NCBI GenBank assembly: GCA_949290765.1
Contig: CASETG010000017.1
Location: 1-62,901, forward strand
DNA length: 62,901 nt
Source: Oxalobacter formigenes
Lineage (GTDB): Bacteria; Pseudomonadota; Gammaproteobacteria; Burkholderiales; Burkholderiaceae_D
Direction: 5' to 3'
A program made the translations under genes and the position numbers. Positions 29,409 to 39,477 of this stretch are shown in pieces. The notes beneath the pieces were generated by a model. That model was not told the DNA's origin, did no database searches, and worked only from the letters and a program-made list of their open reading frames with translations. Each line of letters starts with the position of its first letter. Position 1 is the first letter of the stretch.

Positions 29409-31979
29409 TCAGTCGATTTTCAGAACATCGATCATATCCGTTTCGAACTGGATTTGCGCACGGGGATGCTGGAGCATTTCACTGTCGATCAGGAAAACGT
29501 CCTCGATCCGTTCGCCAAGCGTCATGATTTTCGCCGTATGCAGATTGACCCTGTAGCGACTGAATACCTGCGCGATCGAATAAAGCAACCCGGTCCTGTC
29601 ATTTGCGGTAATGGACAACACAAAGCATTTGCCGCTGGCGTCCGGCCGCAGATCGAGTGTGGGAGAGACCGGGAAAGAACGCGACTTGCGGGACAAGCGG
29701 GGTTTTGATGGCGGCGGCAATTCGTTGGGTGATTTCAGCAGTTCGGTCAGTTCATGTTCGACCAGCGAAATGATGTCCCGGTAGTTTTTTTCGAATCCCT
29801 GACGTGTGACCAGAAAGGTATCGAGCGCATAATCATGAATCGTGGTGTGAATCTTGGCATCCAGAATGCTGAAATTCTTGCGATCGAAATAGCTGCATAT
29901 CCGTGCGAACAGGTCGGCGCGATCGAGCGTATAGACCGTGACCTGCAGTCCTTCGCCTATCGGCGACAGACGGCATTTGACCACCGGTTCCGATGAATTG
30001 GCTCGCCAGTACAACGTCCGTGTTTGCCAGGCGATATCCGATGCGTCATGCCGGAGAAAATAGACGATATCAAGCTGTTTCCAGAAGTCAACGTGTGCGT
30101 TTTCCGGCAAACCGTACAGGCGCAGGGTCGCCAGCGCTTCTTTCTGGCGTTTTTTCAGTTCGTGATCGACAGAGATTTCCTCGCCGCCCAGTACCCGCAA
30201 TGTCAGATGGAACAGGTCTTCAAGCAGTTTGCTTTTCCATGCGTTCCAGATTTGCGGATTGGTTCCGCGAATATCGGCGACCGTGAGCAGATACAGTGCT
30301 GTCAGGTAACGTTCGCTGCCGACGCGTTCGGCAAAATCGCGGATGACGTCAGGGTCGGACAAGTCTTTTTTCTGAGCGACTTGGGACAAGGTCAGATGCT
30401 CGCGAACCAGAAAGACGATCAGTTCGGTGTCGGCCGGACTCAGGCGATGCTGTTTGCAGAACCGTCTGGCGTCCTGCATGCCAAGAAGTGAGTGATCACC
30501 ACCGCGTCCCTTCGCGATATCGTGAAACAGGGCGGCGACATATAACAGCCATGGCTTGTCGAAACTGGTCATCAGCTGGCTGCATAGGGGATTTTCATGC
30601 GCATACTCCGCCAGCGAGAAACGGTGCAGGTTGGCGATCACGGTCAGAATATGCTGGTCGACGGTATATTGATGGAACAGGTCATGCTGCATCTGTCCCA
30701 CGATTTTGCCGAAATTGGGCAGATAGCGTCCCAGTATGCCCAGTTCGTTCATATGTTGCAGGGCACGTGCCGCAAAGCGTGGCGATTTCAGTATGCGCAG
30801 GAAAAAGGACTGGTTTGTCGAATCGTTGCGGAAATTGCGGTCGATATGGATTCGTGCATGCCACATGGCGCGCAGTGTGCGCGCAGTCATGTTCTTGAGA
30901 TCGGAGCGCTGTGAGAGCAAATAAAATACCTCGAGCAACGCGGACGGATGGTCGAGAAACACCTTGTCGTCCGTAATGTCGACATGGTTGTTGACTTCAT
31001 TGAAACGGTCGTTGATCCGCACGGGCAGGCTGGGTTTCGGAAACAGCCGTGCATGCAGGTTTTGCAAGAGAATGAAGTTGAGCTGCGTGACGGTATGCGC
31101 GGCGCGATAGTAACGCTGCATCATGTATTCGCTGGCTGCGCGACGATCCAGAAGCACTCCGTTCTTGCTGAACCGGAAGGTGTCGGCTACCGGCATTTGC
31201 AGATCGAACAGCAATCTGTCTTCACAGCGCTGTGCCTGAATGTGCAGGCGGATCCTGATATCCTTGAAAGCCCGTTCTTTCTTGCGGAGCTGTTGCGCTT
31301 CGGATGGCGTGATCAATCCGCGTTGTGCCAGCTCATTCCATGAATTGCCGAGTTTTGCGGCTTTTGCCGCCCAGAGAATGACTTGCAGATCGCGCAGCCC
31401 GCCAGGACTTTCCTTGCAGTTGGGTTCCAGACTGTATGGCGTATCGCCCAGCTTGACATGGCGTTGTCGTGTTTCCAGCATTTTGGCGATGAAAAACGCC
31501 TGTGCGTTCATCTGTTCGTCATAACGCATTTTCATCCGGCGGAACAGTTGCCTGCTGCCCGTGATGTAACGTGCTTCCAGAAGGCTGGTCTGGATGGTGA
31601 TGTCATGTGCGGATTCTTCCAGACATTCTTCTATCGTCCGGACACTGTGGCCTATCGTAAGACCTAGGGACCAGAAGCACTGGATGAGGGACTCGATTTT
31701 TTGTTGCAATTCAGTGTCGGGTGCCCGGTTCAGCAAAATCAGGACATCGATATCGGAATAGGGATACAGCTCGCCGCGGCCATATCCTCCTACTGCTGCC
31801 AGCACATGCTCGGATGGCAGACCGGTTCGTTGCCAGGCCTCTACCAGAATTTTGTCGACATGTTTGCACAGCGTCTTCAAAAGACGTTGCGGATTGGGTG
31901 CGTCTTTATAGGCGGCGATGGCGGCATTGCGCAGAGCGCCCAGACGTTCTTTCAGTGAATTGTCAGCAGGGTTCGTCAC
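29409..31979 (-). CDS. glnD: [Protein-PII] uridylyltransferase / uridylyl-removing enzyme
   Basis: [17 protein letters not shown] nucleotidyltransferase motif, HD domain, two ACT domains. Confidence 0.97.
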   Translation of the reverse strand: MTNPADNSLKERLGALRNAAIAAYKDAPNPQRLLKTLCKHVDKILVEAWQRTGLPSEHVLAAVGGYGRGELYPYSDIDVLILLNRAPDTELQQKIESLIQCFWSLGLTIGHSVRTIEECLEESAHDITIQTSLLEARYITGSRQLFRRMKMRYDEQMNAQAFFIAKMLETRQRHVKLGDTPYSLEPNCKESPGGLRDLQVILWAAKAAKLGNSWNELAQRGLITPSEAQQLRKKERAFKDIRIRLHIQAQRCEDRLLFDLQMPVADTFRFSKNGVLLDRRAASEYMMQRYYRAAHTVTQLNFILLQNLHARLFPKPSLPVRINDRFNEVNNHVDITDDKVFLDHPSALLEVFYLLSQRSDLKNMTARTLRAMWHARIHIDRNFRNDSTNQSFFLRILKSPRFAARALQHMNELGILGRYLPNFGKIVGQMQHDLFHQYTVDQHILTVIANLHRFSLAEYAHENPLCSQLMTSFDKPWLLYVAALFHDIAKGRGGDHSLLGMQDARRFCKQHRLSPADTELIVFLVREHLTLSQVAQKKDLSDPDVIRDFAERVGSERYLTALYLLTVADIRGTNPQIWNAWKSKLLEDLFHLTLRVLGGEEISVDHELKKRQKEALATLRLYGLPENAHVDFWKQLDIVYFLRHDASDIAWQTRTLYWRANSSEPVVKCRLSPIGEGLQVTVYTLDRADLFARICSYFDRKNFSILDAKIHTTIHDYALDTFLVTRQGFEKNYRDIISLVEHELTELLKSPNELPPPSKPRLSRKSRSFPVSPTLDLRPDASGKCFVLSITANDRTGLLYSIAQVFSRYRVNLHTAKIMTLGERIEDVFLIDSEMLQHPRAQIQFETDMIDVLKID

Positions 31980-32797
31980 TGTGGCTGGTTTTTCTTTTTG
32001 ATGAAATGGGGGGGAGAAGGCATTTCCGGGGAAACCGTCAGCACTTCATAACCTGTTTCTGTGACCAGTACGGTATGCTCCCATTGCGCGGACAAGCTGC
32101 GGTCTTTTGTCCGGATCGTCCAGCCATCCGGCATGGAGCGGATTGCCTTTCCTCCCGCATTGATCATCGGTTCGATCGTGAAAATCATGCCGGGCTTCAT
32201 TTCGTCCATGGTGCCCTGACGACCGTAGTGCAATACCTGTGGCTCTTCATGAAATTCGATGCCGACGCCATGACCGCAAAATTCACGTACGACGCTGTAG
32301 CCTGCGTCTTCCGCATATTGCTGGATGACATATCCGATATCGCCGAAATGCGCGCCCGGTCTGACGGCATCGATACCCAGCCACATGCATTCATAAGTGA
32401 CTTTCGCAAGCCGTTTTGCCATGATGGATGGTTCCCCGGCGAAATACATCCGGCTGGTATCGCCATAATAACCATCCTTGATGACCGTAATGTCGATATT
32501 GAGCACATCGCCTTTTTTCAGCAGTTTGTTGAAGTTGGGGATGCCGTGGCAGACCACATCGTTAAGCGAAATGCAGGTTGCCTTCGGATATGGCGTATAT
32601 CCGGGGGGGCAATAGTTCAGCGGTGCCGGAATGGCATCGTGATCGGTGATGAATTCATGGCAGCGCTTGTCCAGCTCACCCGTACTGACGCCGGGTTTGA
32701 CAAACGGTGCGATGTAGTCGAGTACTTCGGCTGCCAGTTGACTGGCCTTGCGAATGCCTTCGATCTGTTCGGCATTCTTGATGTAAATCTTTGCCAT
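31976..32797 (-). CDS. map: Methionine aminopeptidase type I
   Basis: CHGIP, GHGVG..FHEEP and SAQWEHT motifs. Confidence 0.97.
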   Translation of the reverse strand: MAKIYIKNAEQIEGIRKASQLAAEVLDYIAPFVKPGVSTGELDKRCHEFITDHDAIPAPLNYCPPGYTPYPKATCISLNDVVCHGIPNFNKLLKKGDVLNIDITVIKDGYYGDTSRMYFAGEPSIMAKRLAKVTYECMWLGIDAVRPGAHFGDIGYVIQQYAEDAGYSVVREFCGHGVGIEFHEEPQVLHYGRQGTMDEMKPGMIFTIEPMINAGGKAIRSMPDGWTIRTKDRSLSAQWEHTVLVTETGYEVLTVSPEMPSPPHFIKKKNQPQ

Positions 32798-32906
32798 TGT
32801 GGGTTGCGTATCTGTCAGATAGGAATATGAAGCATTTATTATAAGCCAGGCATCATCGCAGGAAACACAACAGATGCAATAATAGTTATGAAATACACGG
32901 TATTTC

Positions 32907-32915
32907 TGCTATAAT
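32907..32915 (+). promoter_or_regulatory. Extended -10 promoter element for tRNA-Ser
   Basis: TGCTATAAT (TGn plus a perfect -10) about 33 bp upstream of the tRNA. Confidence 0.6.
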
Positions 32916-32947
32916 AATCAATTCAACCTGCTTGTAGTTCAGAATTC

Positions 32948-33038
32948 GGAAAGGTGGCAGAGTGGTCGAATGCGCCGGACTCGAAATCCGGTATACGGTA
33001 ACCCCGTATCGAGGGTTCAAATCCCTCCCTTTCCGCCA
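32948..33038 (+). tRNA. tRNA-Ser (anticodon CGA)
   Basis: Acceptor stem GGAAAGG/CCTTTCC, anticodon arm CCGGA-CTCGAAA-TCCGG, long variable arm, TTCAAAT T-loop, encoded GCCA end. Confidence 0.97.
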
Positions 33039-33043
33039 AATCG

Positions 33044-33066
33044 AACGGCTGGAATGCCGTTTTTTT
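33044..33066 (+). terminator. Intrinsic terminator after tRNA-Ser
   Basis: AACGGC-TGGAAT-GCCGTT followed by a T-run. Confidence 0.7.
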
Positions 33067-33305
33067 CATCCCGTTCCGGTGTTCTTTCCCGTCTTTTTCT
33101 TGTCTTTTTTCGCACGTCAGCGAACCTGAAGGAAAATGACTTTGGCATCATGTCGTTGCTGATACCTGTCGGATATAGGTAGCCGTGGCGTGTGTCAAGG
33201 ACGTGCGGTTTATGCGGGTAAAATAACCGGAAGTCATGTAACGACAAGTATGCCCAAAGGGCGTGCAATCTGTTGAATGCGGCATCAATAAAAGCGCCGC
33301 GGCGT

Positions 33306-33659
33306 TTCTCCACAAAGTTATCCACAGGTTTACGTGGATAACGGAAAAGTCAAGTGCTTGCGAATCAAACCGTTGAAAATCACATACAGATAGTGCGCTT
33401 GACAGAAGAAACAGGATGGATTAAGGCGGGTGAATAGTTGCCCAAGATATGAGCGTTTATGCCAAGTGTATGAATTAAAACGATAAAATCGGGTTGTTCC
33501 ATGACTTTTCCACAGAAAATGTGAAAAAATGAAACGATGCATGTCTGACATGGAAAAGTGGACGATATGTCATGAACGGGTCATGAAAGCGTAAATTTTT
33601 GTGCAAACTCAAGGTGATAGCAGAGAGTTTTCCACCGTTCGGAAAAGATATGCGGATAA
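33306..33659. promoter_or_regulatory. DnaA-box cluster with IHF site (DARS/datA-like)
   Basis: TTCTCCACA 33306, TTATCCACA 33318, reverse TTATCCACG 33333, IHF consensus AATCAAACCGTTG 33363-33375, TTTTCCACA 33506, reverse TTTTTCACA 33520, reverse TTATCCGCA 33651. Confidence 0.75.
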
Positions 33660-33805
33660 GTGGTGATGTGAAGAACAAAGCGCCATACCGGTGGATATGA
33701 CGCTTTGTACATGTTCCGGCGATGACGATGACCGGTGTTGCAAGGTATAAGCTAAAAGCGTGCCTGACGGACTGCTGTGCGTTCAGGCAAACATGTAACG
33801 GACGG

Positions 33806-34162
33806 TCAGACGGTTGTCGCTTCGACGGTTTTGCGAATCGCTTCCAGTTCAGGCGGCAGTTCACCCGCGGAAGTCGCGGAATCTTCCGCAATGGTTTGCC
33901 AGTTCTTCTTGCCGCGCAGCATGTCGAGCTGAATTTCCAGATTGTTCAACAGGTTGGCAAGCTGGAACAGAATGTCTTTCTGGACAGGTTCCTTGAGCAA
34001 TTTTGCAAATTCTTCGTTCCATACCGACAGAAAACCGGTCAGGTCGCTGCGATCAAGCGTACCCTGCATGGCTTCCCAGTTGGCCGCATATTCGGCCAGC
34101 GCTCGTGAAATGCGTTTTTTCACCTGTTCCAGTTTGGTGGAGAGATTGGCGGTGTCGTGCAT
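33806..34162 (-). CDS. Hypothetical alpha-helical protein (118 aa)
   Basis: ATG with AAAGGA RBS and protein-like amphipathic helical composition; no family recognised. Confidence 0.7.
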   Translation of the reverse strand: MHDTANLSTKLEQVKKRISRALAEYAANWEAMQGTLDRSDLTGFLSVWNEEFAKLLKEPVQKDILFQLANLLNNLEIQLDMLRGKKNWQTIAEDSATSAGELPPELEAIRKTVEATTV

Positions 34163-34320
34163 GGATGATCCTTTCCGAATTAAAGTAGGCAGCGGCGTGT
34201 TTGCCGGTACCGCGCGCAGTTTAAATCATTCGCAGGGCCATGGGCAAGATGGTTGCCGTTTGCTCGCGTGGCTGGAAGAACTGGCGTTTGCCGATTGGCC
34301 GGAACACGAAGGATACCGGT

Positions 34321-35013
34321 TCAGTATCCGGTGTGTTCAGGATGTCCGGTTTCCAGCCGTTTCAGGAACAGATTGCGCCAGACAGGTGAAAGCTCGGGAA
34401 GTCGGCTCAGGGTTTCCAGAATGGGGCGTTCCATGGATTTGCCGAAAAGGTAGTGCTGGACAAGGGCGACGGTCCATTCCGGTTGCGGTCGCTCCATGAG
34501 AAAAACGGTATCCCCAGCCTGTGCGAAGCCTTCTTCCAGTACTCTGTAAAACCAGCCGTTGTATGAAAGACGGTGCATTTCACGAGCCATATCATCTCGT
34601 CCGAAACGTTCGTTCATGGTATGGCACGCCTCACGTCCGAAGGAAACCTGTACGATGGCTTTGCCGATACGGAAAACATCGCCGATGCAGACAGTATGCT
34701 CGGTCATGCCGAGCGAGGCGATGTTTTCGCTGAAAGCGCCGGGATTTTGCAAAAGCGATGTGCAGTCGGGGATGAATTTTTTCCAGTAGGGATAATGGTC
34801 GCCTGCATAGTGCAGCAGGGCGTTTTCCGTGTCGTCATAATGTTCTCTGCCATCGGCGCCTTCGATGCCGTGCCGTCCCAGAAATGCATGAGCTTCGATC
34901 GGTTTCTTGACCGAACAGGTCTTTCCCTGTGCATCACGCAGGACATGGCGGCAAAGCAGGGCCGTGATACGGCCGACTGGTAATGGATTCGACGGGGAAA
35001 CAAAGGTATTCAT
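34321..35013 (-). CDS. yiiM: MOSC-domain protein with 3-alpha tail (YiiM-like)
   Basis: GAFSENI, CIGDVFRIG..VQVS..REAC (Moco-ligand Cys), GWFYRVLEEG and ERPQPEWTV motifs; start moved to ATG 35013 with AGGA RBS. Confidence 0.85.
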   Translation of the reverse strand: MNTFVSPSNPLPVGRITALLCRHVLRDAQGKTCSVKKPIEAHAFLGRHGIEGADGREHYDDTENALLHYAGDHYPYWKKFIPDCTSLLQNPGAFSENIASLGMTEHTVCIGDVFRIGKAIVQVSFGREACHTMNERFGRDDMAREMHRLSYNGWFYRVLEEGFAQAGDTVFLMERPQPEWTVALVQHYLFGKSMERPILETLSRLPELSPVWRNLFLKRLETGHPEHTGY

Positions 35014-35068
35014 GATGAAGTTCCTGTTGAAAAAGTATCGTTTCATAGGGATATGTACCGGCAAGGCG

Positions 35069-35875
35069 TCATTTCAGCGAGAAGGTGACCGGTACGATGA
35101 TTTTTGCCGGAGCTGGTGGCGCAGGAAATGGGTTGGCCCGTTCGATGGCTTTTTGCGCCGCTTCATCCAGTGCAGGGTATGTGCTGCTGTTTCTGACACG
35201 CAGCGAGCGGATGCTGCCGTCTTTCATGATGATGAACTCACAGGTAACCGTTCCGGTGATGCCCATTCGCCGTGCCTGTTCGGGATAGACCAGATATTGC
35301 CGGATTCGTCGCACGATATAGTGGTAGTGCTGGCGGACATAGTGTCTGAGCGCGCCGGTATCGTCGCCTGTTCCGTTGCCCTGACCGAAGGCATTGCCTG
35401 AACCGGGCGCGCCTGTTCCCGTACTGGTACCGTTCGTGCCGTCGGATACTTCAGGGCCGTTTTTTGATGTGATGTTTCGGTTGTCGTCATCCGTTGCGGA
35501 ACCGATAGTGGAACGTGATACGGATGTTGCGTGTTGCGATGTGCCTGCCGGTTGCGTGCCTTGTTTTTTGACCTGTTGCGTGGATACGGTTTTTTCAGCA
35601 AGAGGCTGTGAGGAACGGGATGCAGGTTGCCGGCGGGCCGTTTGCATGCGTGAGTCCGGGTGGTTTGCCTGTTTCGCTGTACCGGAGCCCCGGCTTGCAG
35701 CCTGACCGGCCTTTCCATGGAAAGTGCCGGATTGTGCTGTTGATATGGATGAAAAATCGATGGTGACGGTCTGCCTGTCTTGTTGACTGACAGCATACAC
35801 GAGCACGGCCAGCGTACCCGCCGTAATGATGTGGAGTGCAAGGGAGACGGCAAGGCTTTGGATATAACGGTTCAT
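35069..35875 (-). CDS. tonB: Energy transducer TonB
   Basis: TM helix with SLALH (SxxxH), flexible linker, C-terminal YPEQARRMGITG..LDEAA..PFP domain. Confidence 0.9.
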   Translation of the reverse strand: MNRYIQSLAVSLALHIITAGTLAVLVYAVSQQDRQTVTIDFSSISTAQSGTFHGKAGQAASRGSGTAKQANHPDSRMQTARRQPASRSSQPLAEKTVSTQQVKKQGTQPAGTSQHATSVSRSTIGSATDDDNRNITSKNGPEVSDGTNGTSTGTGAPGSGNAFGQGNGTGDDTGALRHYVRQHYHYIVRRIRQYLVYPEQARRMGITGTVTCEFIIMKDGSIRSLRVRNSSTYPALDEAAQKAIERANPFPAPPAPAKIIVPVTFSLK

Positions 35876-36243
35876 TGCCGTGTCTGCACGCTGATATGGT
35901 TGAAACCTTCCTTTTTCAGTGCGTCGATGAGACTGATAAAGGGTTGCAAGGTTACATTACGGTCGGCACTGATCATGATGGCGCTTTCCGGGTTTTTGCC
36001 TGACAGTGCGGTTTTCAGCTCGTCCATGGAAACAGGGATGTCATCCAGACGAATCGTGCCGTCATGTGCCAGTTCCAGCTGCAGGGAAATTTTCGGCAGT
36101 GCCTGTGCGGATGCCGTCTTGGGCAAATCGACGCGTATATTCCCTGTCGTCATGAAGCTGGCTGTCGTGAGAATGATGACGAGGAGCACCAGCATGACAT
36201 CCACCAGCGGGATGATGTTGATTTCAGTGAAGCTGTTTTTCAT
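35872..36243 (-). CDS. exbD: Biopolymer transport protein ExbD
   Basis: EINIIPLVDVMLVLLVI motif and VDLP; start moved to ATG 36243. Confidence 0.92.
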   Translation of the reverse strand: MKNSFTEINIIPLVDVMLVLLVIILTTASFMTTGNIRVDLPKTASAQALPKISLQLELAHDGTIRLDDIPVSMDELKTALSGKNPESAIMISADRNVTLQPFISLIDALKKEGFNHISVQTRQ

Positions 36244-36658
36244 GGCGGATATCCCATTGCAGGAGAATGTTTTTCGCACGCCGTGCGAGCAGGTTGTAAA
36301 GGGTGACGGACAGGATGGCGACAGCAAGGCCGATGGCGGTGGCCTTGAGCGCAAGCGCCAGACCGGTCATGATGGCGCCGGTTTCCATGTGTGCCGAAGT
36401 GCCGATTGCATGAAACGTCATCATGATGCCCAGTACGGTACCGAGCAGGCCGACATAGGGCGTGTTGCCCGCGACGGTGCCGATGATGGACATGTTTTTC
36501 GACAGGCGCAGTTCCAGCAGGTGACGTGACGGATAATCGTTCAGGTCGATGTGCCGGAAAAACAGGATACGCTCTGTCGCCAGGGTGACGACCAGAATGG
36601 ACAGTACGACAAGTACGCCGACGATGCCGTAATCGATCAATGAGACAAGCCAGTTCAT
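36224..36658 (-). CDS. exbB: Short-form ExbB (MotA/TolQ/ExbB family)
   Basis: PYVGLLGTVLGIM and ALKATAIGLAVAI motifs; 144 aa from ATG 36658. Confidence 0.9.
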   Translation of the reverse strand: MNWLVSLIDYGIVGVLVVLSILVVTLATERILFFRHIDLNDYPSRHLLELRLSKNMSIIGTVAGNTPYVGLLGTVLGIMMTFHAIGTSAHMETGAIMTGLALALKATAIGLAVAILSVTLYNLLARRAKNILLQWDIRHEKQLH

Positions 36659-36663
36659 AAGTG

Positions 36664-37428
36664 TTATCCGTTGAAAAAGGAAAGTTTGTGCCAAAGGGAT
36701 GCCGACAGTCCGTACAGGGAACGGATGGCCGGCGGCGTGACGGTTTCCTCTGTCGGTCCGTCTGCCAGAATGCGGCCGTCTTTCATGAGGATGGCGCGGC
36801 CGCCCAGAAAGCGTGCGTGTTCGGGATGATGGGTCGTCAGAATGAAACTCGCCGCATGGTCTCCTGACGATGACGATGCGAGTGAGCGGATGGTTTCCAG
36901 CAGATGATACTGGTTTCCGTAGTCCAGTCCGGCGACCGGTTCGTCCATGATGAAATACTGTCCGCCCTGTGCCAGTGCACGTGCGATCATGACCAGTTGG
37001 CGCTGGCCGCCGCTCAATTCCAGATAGGGACGCTCTGCCAGAGTGGACAGGCGTACCCGCCGCAGCGCATCGTGTGCCATGGCATGGTCGGTATCGGTAA
37101 AGCCGAGCCAGGGCGCACGGGATATCCGTGCCATCAGAACCATATCCAGAACGCGGTAATTGAATACCCCCTGATGGGTTTGCGGGACATAATTCAGGAT
37201 TTTCGCCAGTTCACGCTGACGCATGCGCGTGATATCCCGACCATGGATGAAAATGGCGTTTTTTTCGATGGGCAACAGTCCCAGCATGGCCTTGAGCAGT
37301 GTGGATTTTCCGCTGCCGTTCGGTCCGAGGATATTGACGATTTCGCCGGCTCCGATTGTTGTGGAACAGTCGCTCAGGATGGTACGGTTTTTCCGGTAGG
37401 CAAATGAAAAAGAACGGATTTCGATCAT
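36664..37428 (-). CDS. ABC transporter ATP-binding protein (FecE/BtuD type)
   Basis: GPNGSGKS, LSGGQRQ, MDEP and H-loop; true start ATG 37428 overlaps the permease stop (ATGA). Confidence 0.93.
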   Translation of the reverse strand: MIEIRSFSFAYRKNRTILSDCSTTIGAGEIVNILGPNGSGKSTLLKAMLGLLPIEKNAIFIHGRDITRMRQRELAKILNYVPQTHQGVFNYRVLDMVLMARISRAPWLGFTDTDHAMAHDALRRVRLSTLAERPYLELSGGQRQLVMIARALAQGGQYFIMDEPVAGLDYGNQYHLLETIRSLASSSSGDHAASFILTTHHPEHARFLGGRAILMKDGRILADGPTEETVTPPAIRSLYGLSASLWHKLSFFNG

Positions 37429-38435
37429 CGCCACCCCGTCCGGTTGGTATAAAGCGTCACGGCGAAAACAGGCAGGCTGACCAGTGAGGTATATACCCCG
37501 ATGGGCAACTCCGCCGTGAAAACGGTACGTGCGATACTGTCTGTTATCAGTACGAAAATCGAACCGGTCATGGCAGATGCCGGCAACAGTATCCGGTTGT
37601 CCGGGCCGGTCAGGAAGCGGACGATATGGGGGATGACCAGTCCCACCCACCCGACGATACCTGCCAGCACGACGGTGAAGGCACTGAGCAGGGTCGCGCA
37701 GACGATGATTTTGAGGCGTGCCCAACCGACTGCGATACCCATGGACAGCGCTTCTTCGTCGCCCATGCTGAGGATGTTGACGGTTTTTCCCTGAAGGCAC
37801 AGATAAAGAACCAGCGCGACACACGGCAGGCCGACACAGATGACGGAACCTGTTTCCACACGAGCGAAAGAACCCATCAGCCAGTACGTCAATTCCGGCA
37901 GCTGGGTATCGGTATCGGCCAGAAATTTCATGAAGGCGGTCAGCGAAGTGAAAAGGGATGCGCTGATCATGCCGCCAAGAAGCAGAATCAGAAGCGAGCG
38001 CCAGCGCAGGAAAACGGAAAACAAAAGCGCCAGTCCTACGGCGCAGCAGGCAAATGCGAAAGCGAAAATCTGGGTAGCCAGCAGAGAGGAATCGAACAGG
38101 ACGATACCGATACCGGCGCCGAAAGATGCGCCGGCCAGAACGCCCAGAATACCGGGAGAGACCAGCGGATTCATGAAAACCGACTGGTAGCATGCGCCCG
38201 ATACCGCCAGCGCGGCACCGACCAGTATTGCCGCCATGATGCGTGGAAAACGGATATAAAACAATGTGATATAGCGTTTTTCCTGTGCGTTTGAAAGCGC
38301 TGTGCCGTGCAGAAGTGCATCGGCCAGGTCAAATAGCGCGGATGGCGTCAGGTCATGGAAACGGCCGGTGAACAGCATGGCGGCGGTCATGACGGACAAC
38401 AGGATGGACAGCAGGATAAGCGGGTGTTTTCTCAT
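37425..38435 (-). CDS. FecCD/BtuC-family ABC permease
   Basis: RFPRI, NPLVSPGILG, GDEEALSMG and GWVGLVIPH motifs. Confidence 0.93.
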   Translation of the reverse strand: MRKHPLILLSILLSVMTAAMLFTGRFHDLTPSALFDLADALLHGTALSNAQEKRYITLFYIRFPRIMAAILVGAALAVSGACYQSVFMNPLVSPGILGVLAGASFGAGIGIVLFDSSLLATQIFAFAFACCAVGLALLFSVFLRWRSLLILLLGGMISASLFTSLTAFMKFLADTDTQLPELTYWLMGSFARVETGSVICVGLPCVALVLYLCLQGKTVNILSMGDEEALSMGIAVGWARLKIIVCATLLSAFTVVLAGIVGWVGLVIPHIVRFLTGPDNRILLPASAMTGSIFVLITDSIARTVFTAELPIGVYTSLVSLPVFAVTLYTNRTGWR

Positions 38436-39469
38436 GATTTCAGAATGTCTCTGATTTTTTCGGGTGTTAAGGTTTGCCTGAAGAAGAGCCGGATGAACAT
38501 ATCGGTTTCACGTTTCATGTCGATAGGACAAAGGTCGGGATGCAGGCGGTTCGCCAGCCACTGGATTCCGATGAACCGCATGAAAGAGGCCGGACGATCC
38601 AGCCAGCTGAACGGTTCGTGCGGTACAAAATAAACGCGATCTTCACGGACGGCCCTCAGGGCTTTCCAGCGGGTTTCGCGGAAGAAGCGTTTTTGCAGAC
38701 CCGGATGGTTGACCAGGATGACGTCCGGGTCGTAGTTCATGATTTGTTCGAACGACAGCCGGGTGATGGATTCGCGTTTTGTGCCGGGACATGCATGCAC
38801 ATTTTTGCCACCGGCCAGCCAAATGGCGACAGATCGGGTCGAACCGGCACAGGATGTCGCCAGTCCGTCCGCGTCCTGCGCCATATAGACCCGTACACGG
38901 CGATTTTCGGGAAGCTCGTGGAGCATTGTGCCGACTTTTTCAAGCGATTGCTTTCCATAGTCTGCCAATGCATTGCCGCGTTCGGTCTGGTGGAAAACAA
39001 GTCCGAGTTGCCGGAACATGGCGATATCGTCATGCAGTGAAGTATCGCGTATGGTAATCAGCGGAATGTTCATCTGGCGGAATGCCGTGATGATATCGTC
39101 GCTTTGCGGACGGTCTCCGGTCAGGAGAAAAGCGACATCAAGATTGCTTTTGAGCAGGATTTCGCGGTCGGGAATCATGCCCTTGCCGTACCAGCCGCCC
39201 AGAACGGGCAGTTGCCTGTATTTTTCGGGAATATAGGGTTTTTCATATTCGCGCAGCGGACCGTTCCAACCTGCCAGCAGATCGGGATTGAATACATAGA
39301 GGGCGAAACTCGATGGGAAGGTCGCGCCATATACGCGTGGCAGTTTGTCTGCCGCCAGCGCGAAGGTGCTTTGCAACAGAAAAATAAAAGCCAGGAAAAG
39401 TTTCATTGCAAGTCGTCGCAAAAAAGAAAAAACGCATCGTGAACGGGATTCCCCGCTCACGAAAGGCAT
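38432..39469 (-). CDS. Periplasmic substrate-binding protein, helical-backbone (TroA/BtuF-like)
   Basis: Signal peptide from internal ATG 39406 (start uncertain); LPVLGGWYG, EQIMNYDPDVI and PFSWLDRP motifs. Confidence 0.88.
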   Translation of the reverse strand: MPFVSGESRSRCVFSFLRRLAMKLFLAFIFLLQSTFALAADKLPRVYGATFPSSFALYVFNPDLLAGWNGPLREYEKPYIPEKYRQLPVLGGWYGKGMIPDREILLKSNLDVAFLLTGDRPQSDDIITAFRQMNIPLITIRDTSLHDDIAMFRQLGLVFHQTERGNALADYGKQSLEKVGTMLHELPENRRVRVYMAQDADGLATSCAGSTRSVAIWLAGGKNVHACPGTKRESITRLSFEQIMNYDPDVILVNHPGLQKRFFRETRWKALRAVREDRVYFVPHEPFSWLDRPASFMRFIGIQWLANRLHPDLCPIDMKRETDMFIRLFFRQTLTPEKIRDILKS

Positions 39470-39477
39470 AACGTCCG

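Noticed and set aside
33306-33659. oriC interpretation of the DnaA-box cluster
   Set aside because: No dnaA, gidA or parAB nearby, no obvious unwinding-element repeats, and by eye the + strand stays G-rich on both sides (not computed).
32970-33891. Short ORFs over the tRNA and DnaA-box region
   Set aside because: They overlap the tRNA or regulatory sites, lack an RBS and have no protein-like composition.
36664-38193. Apparent 509-aa extended ABC ATPase
   Set aside because: The N-terminal half is an alternative frame of the permease. The real start is ATG 37428, coupled to the permease stop.
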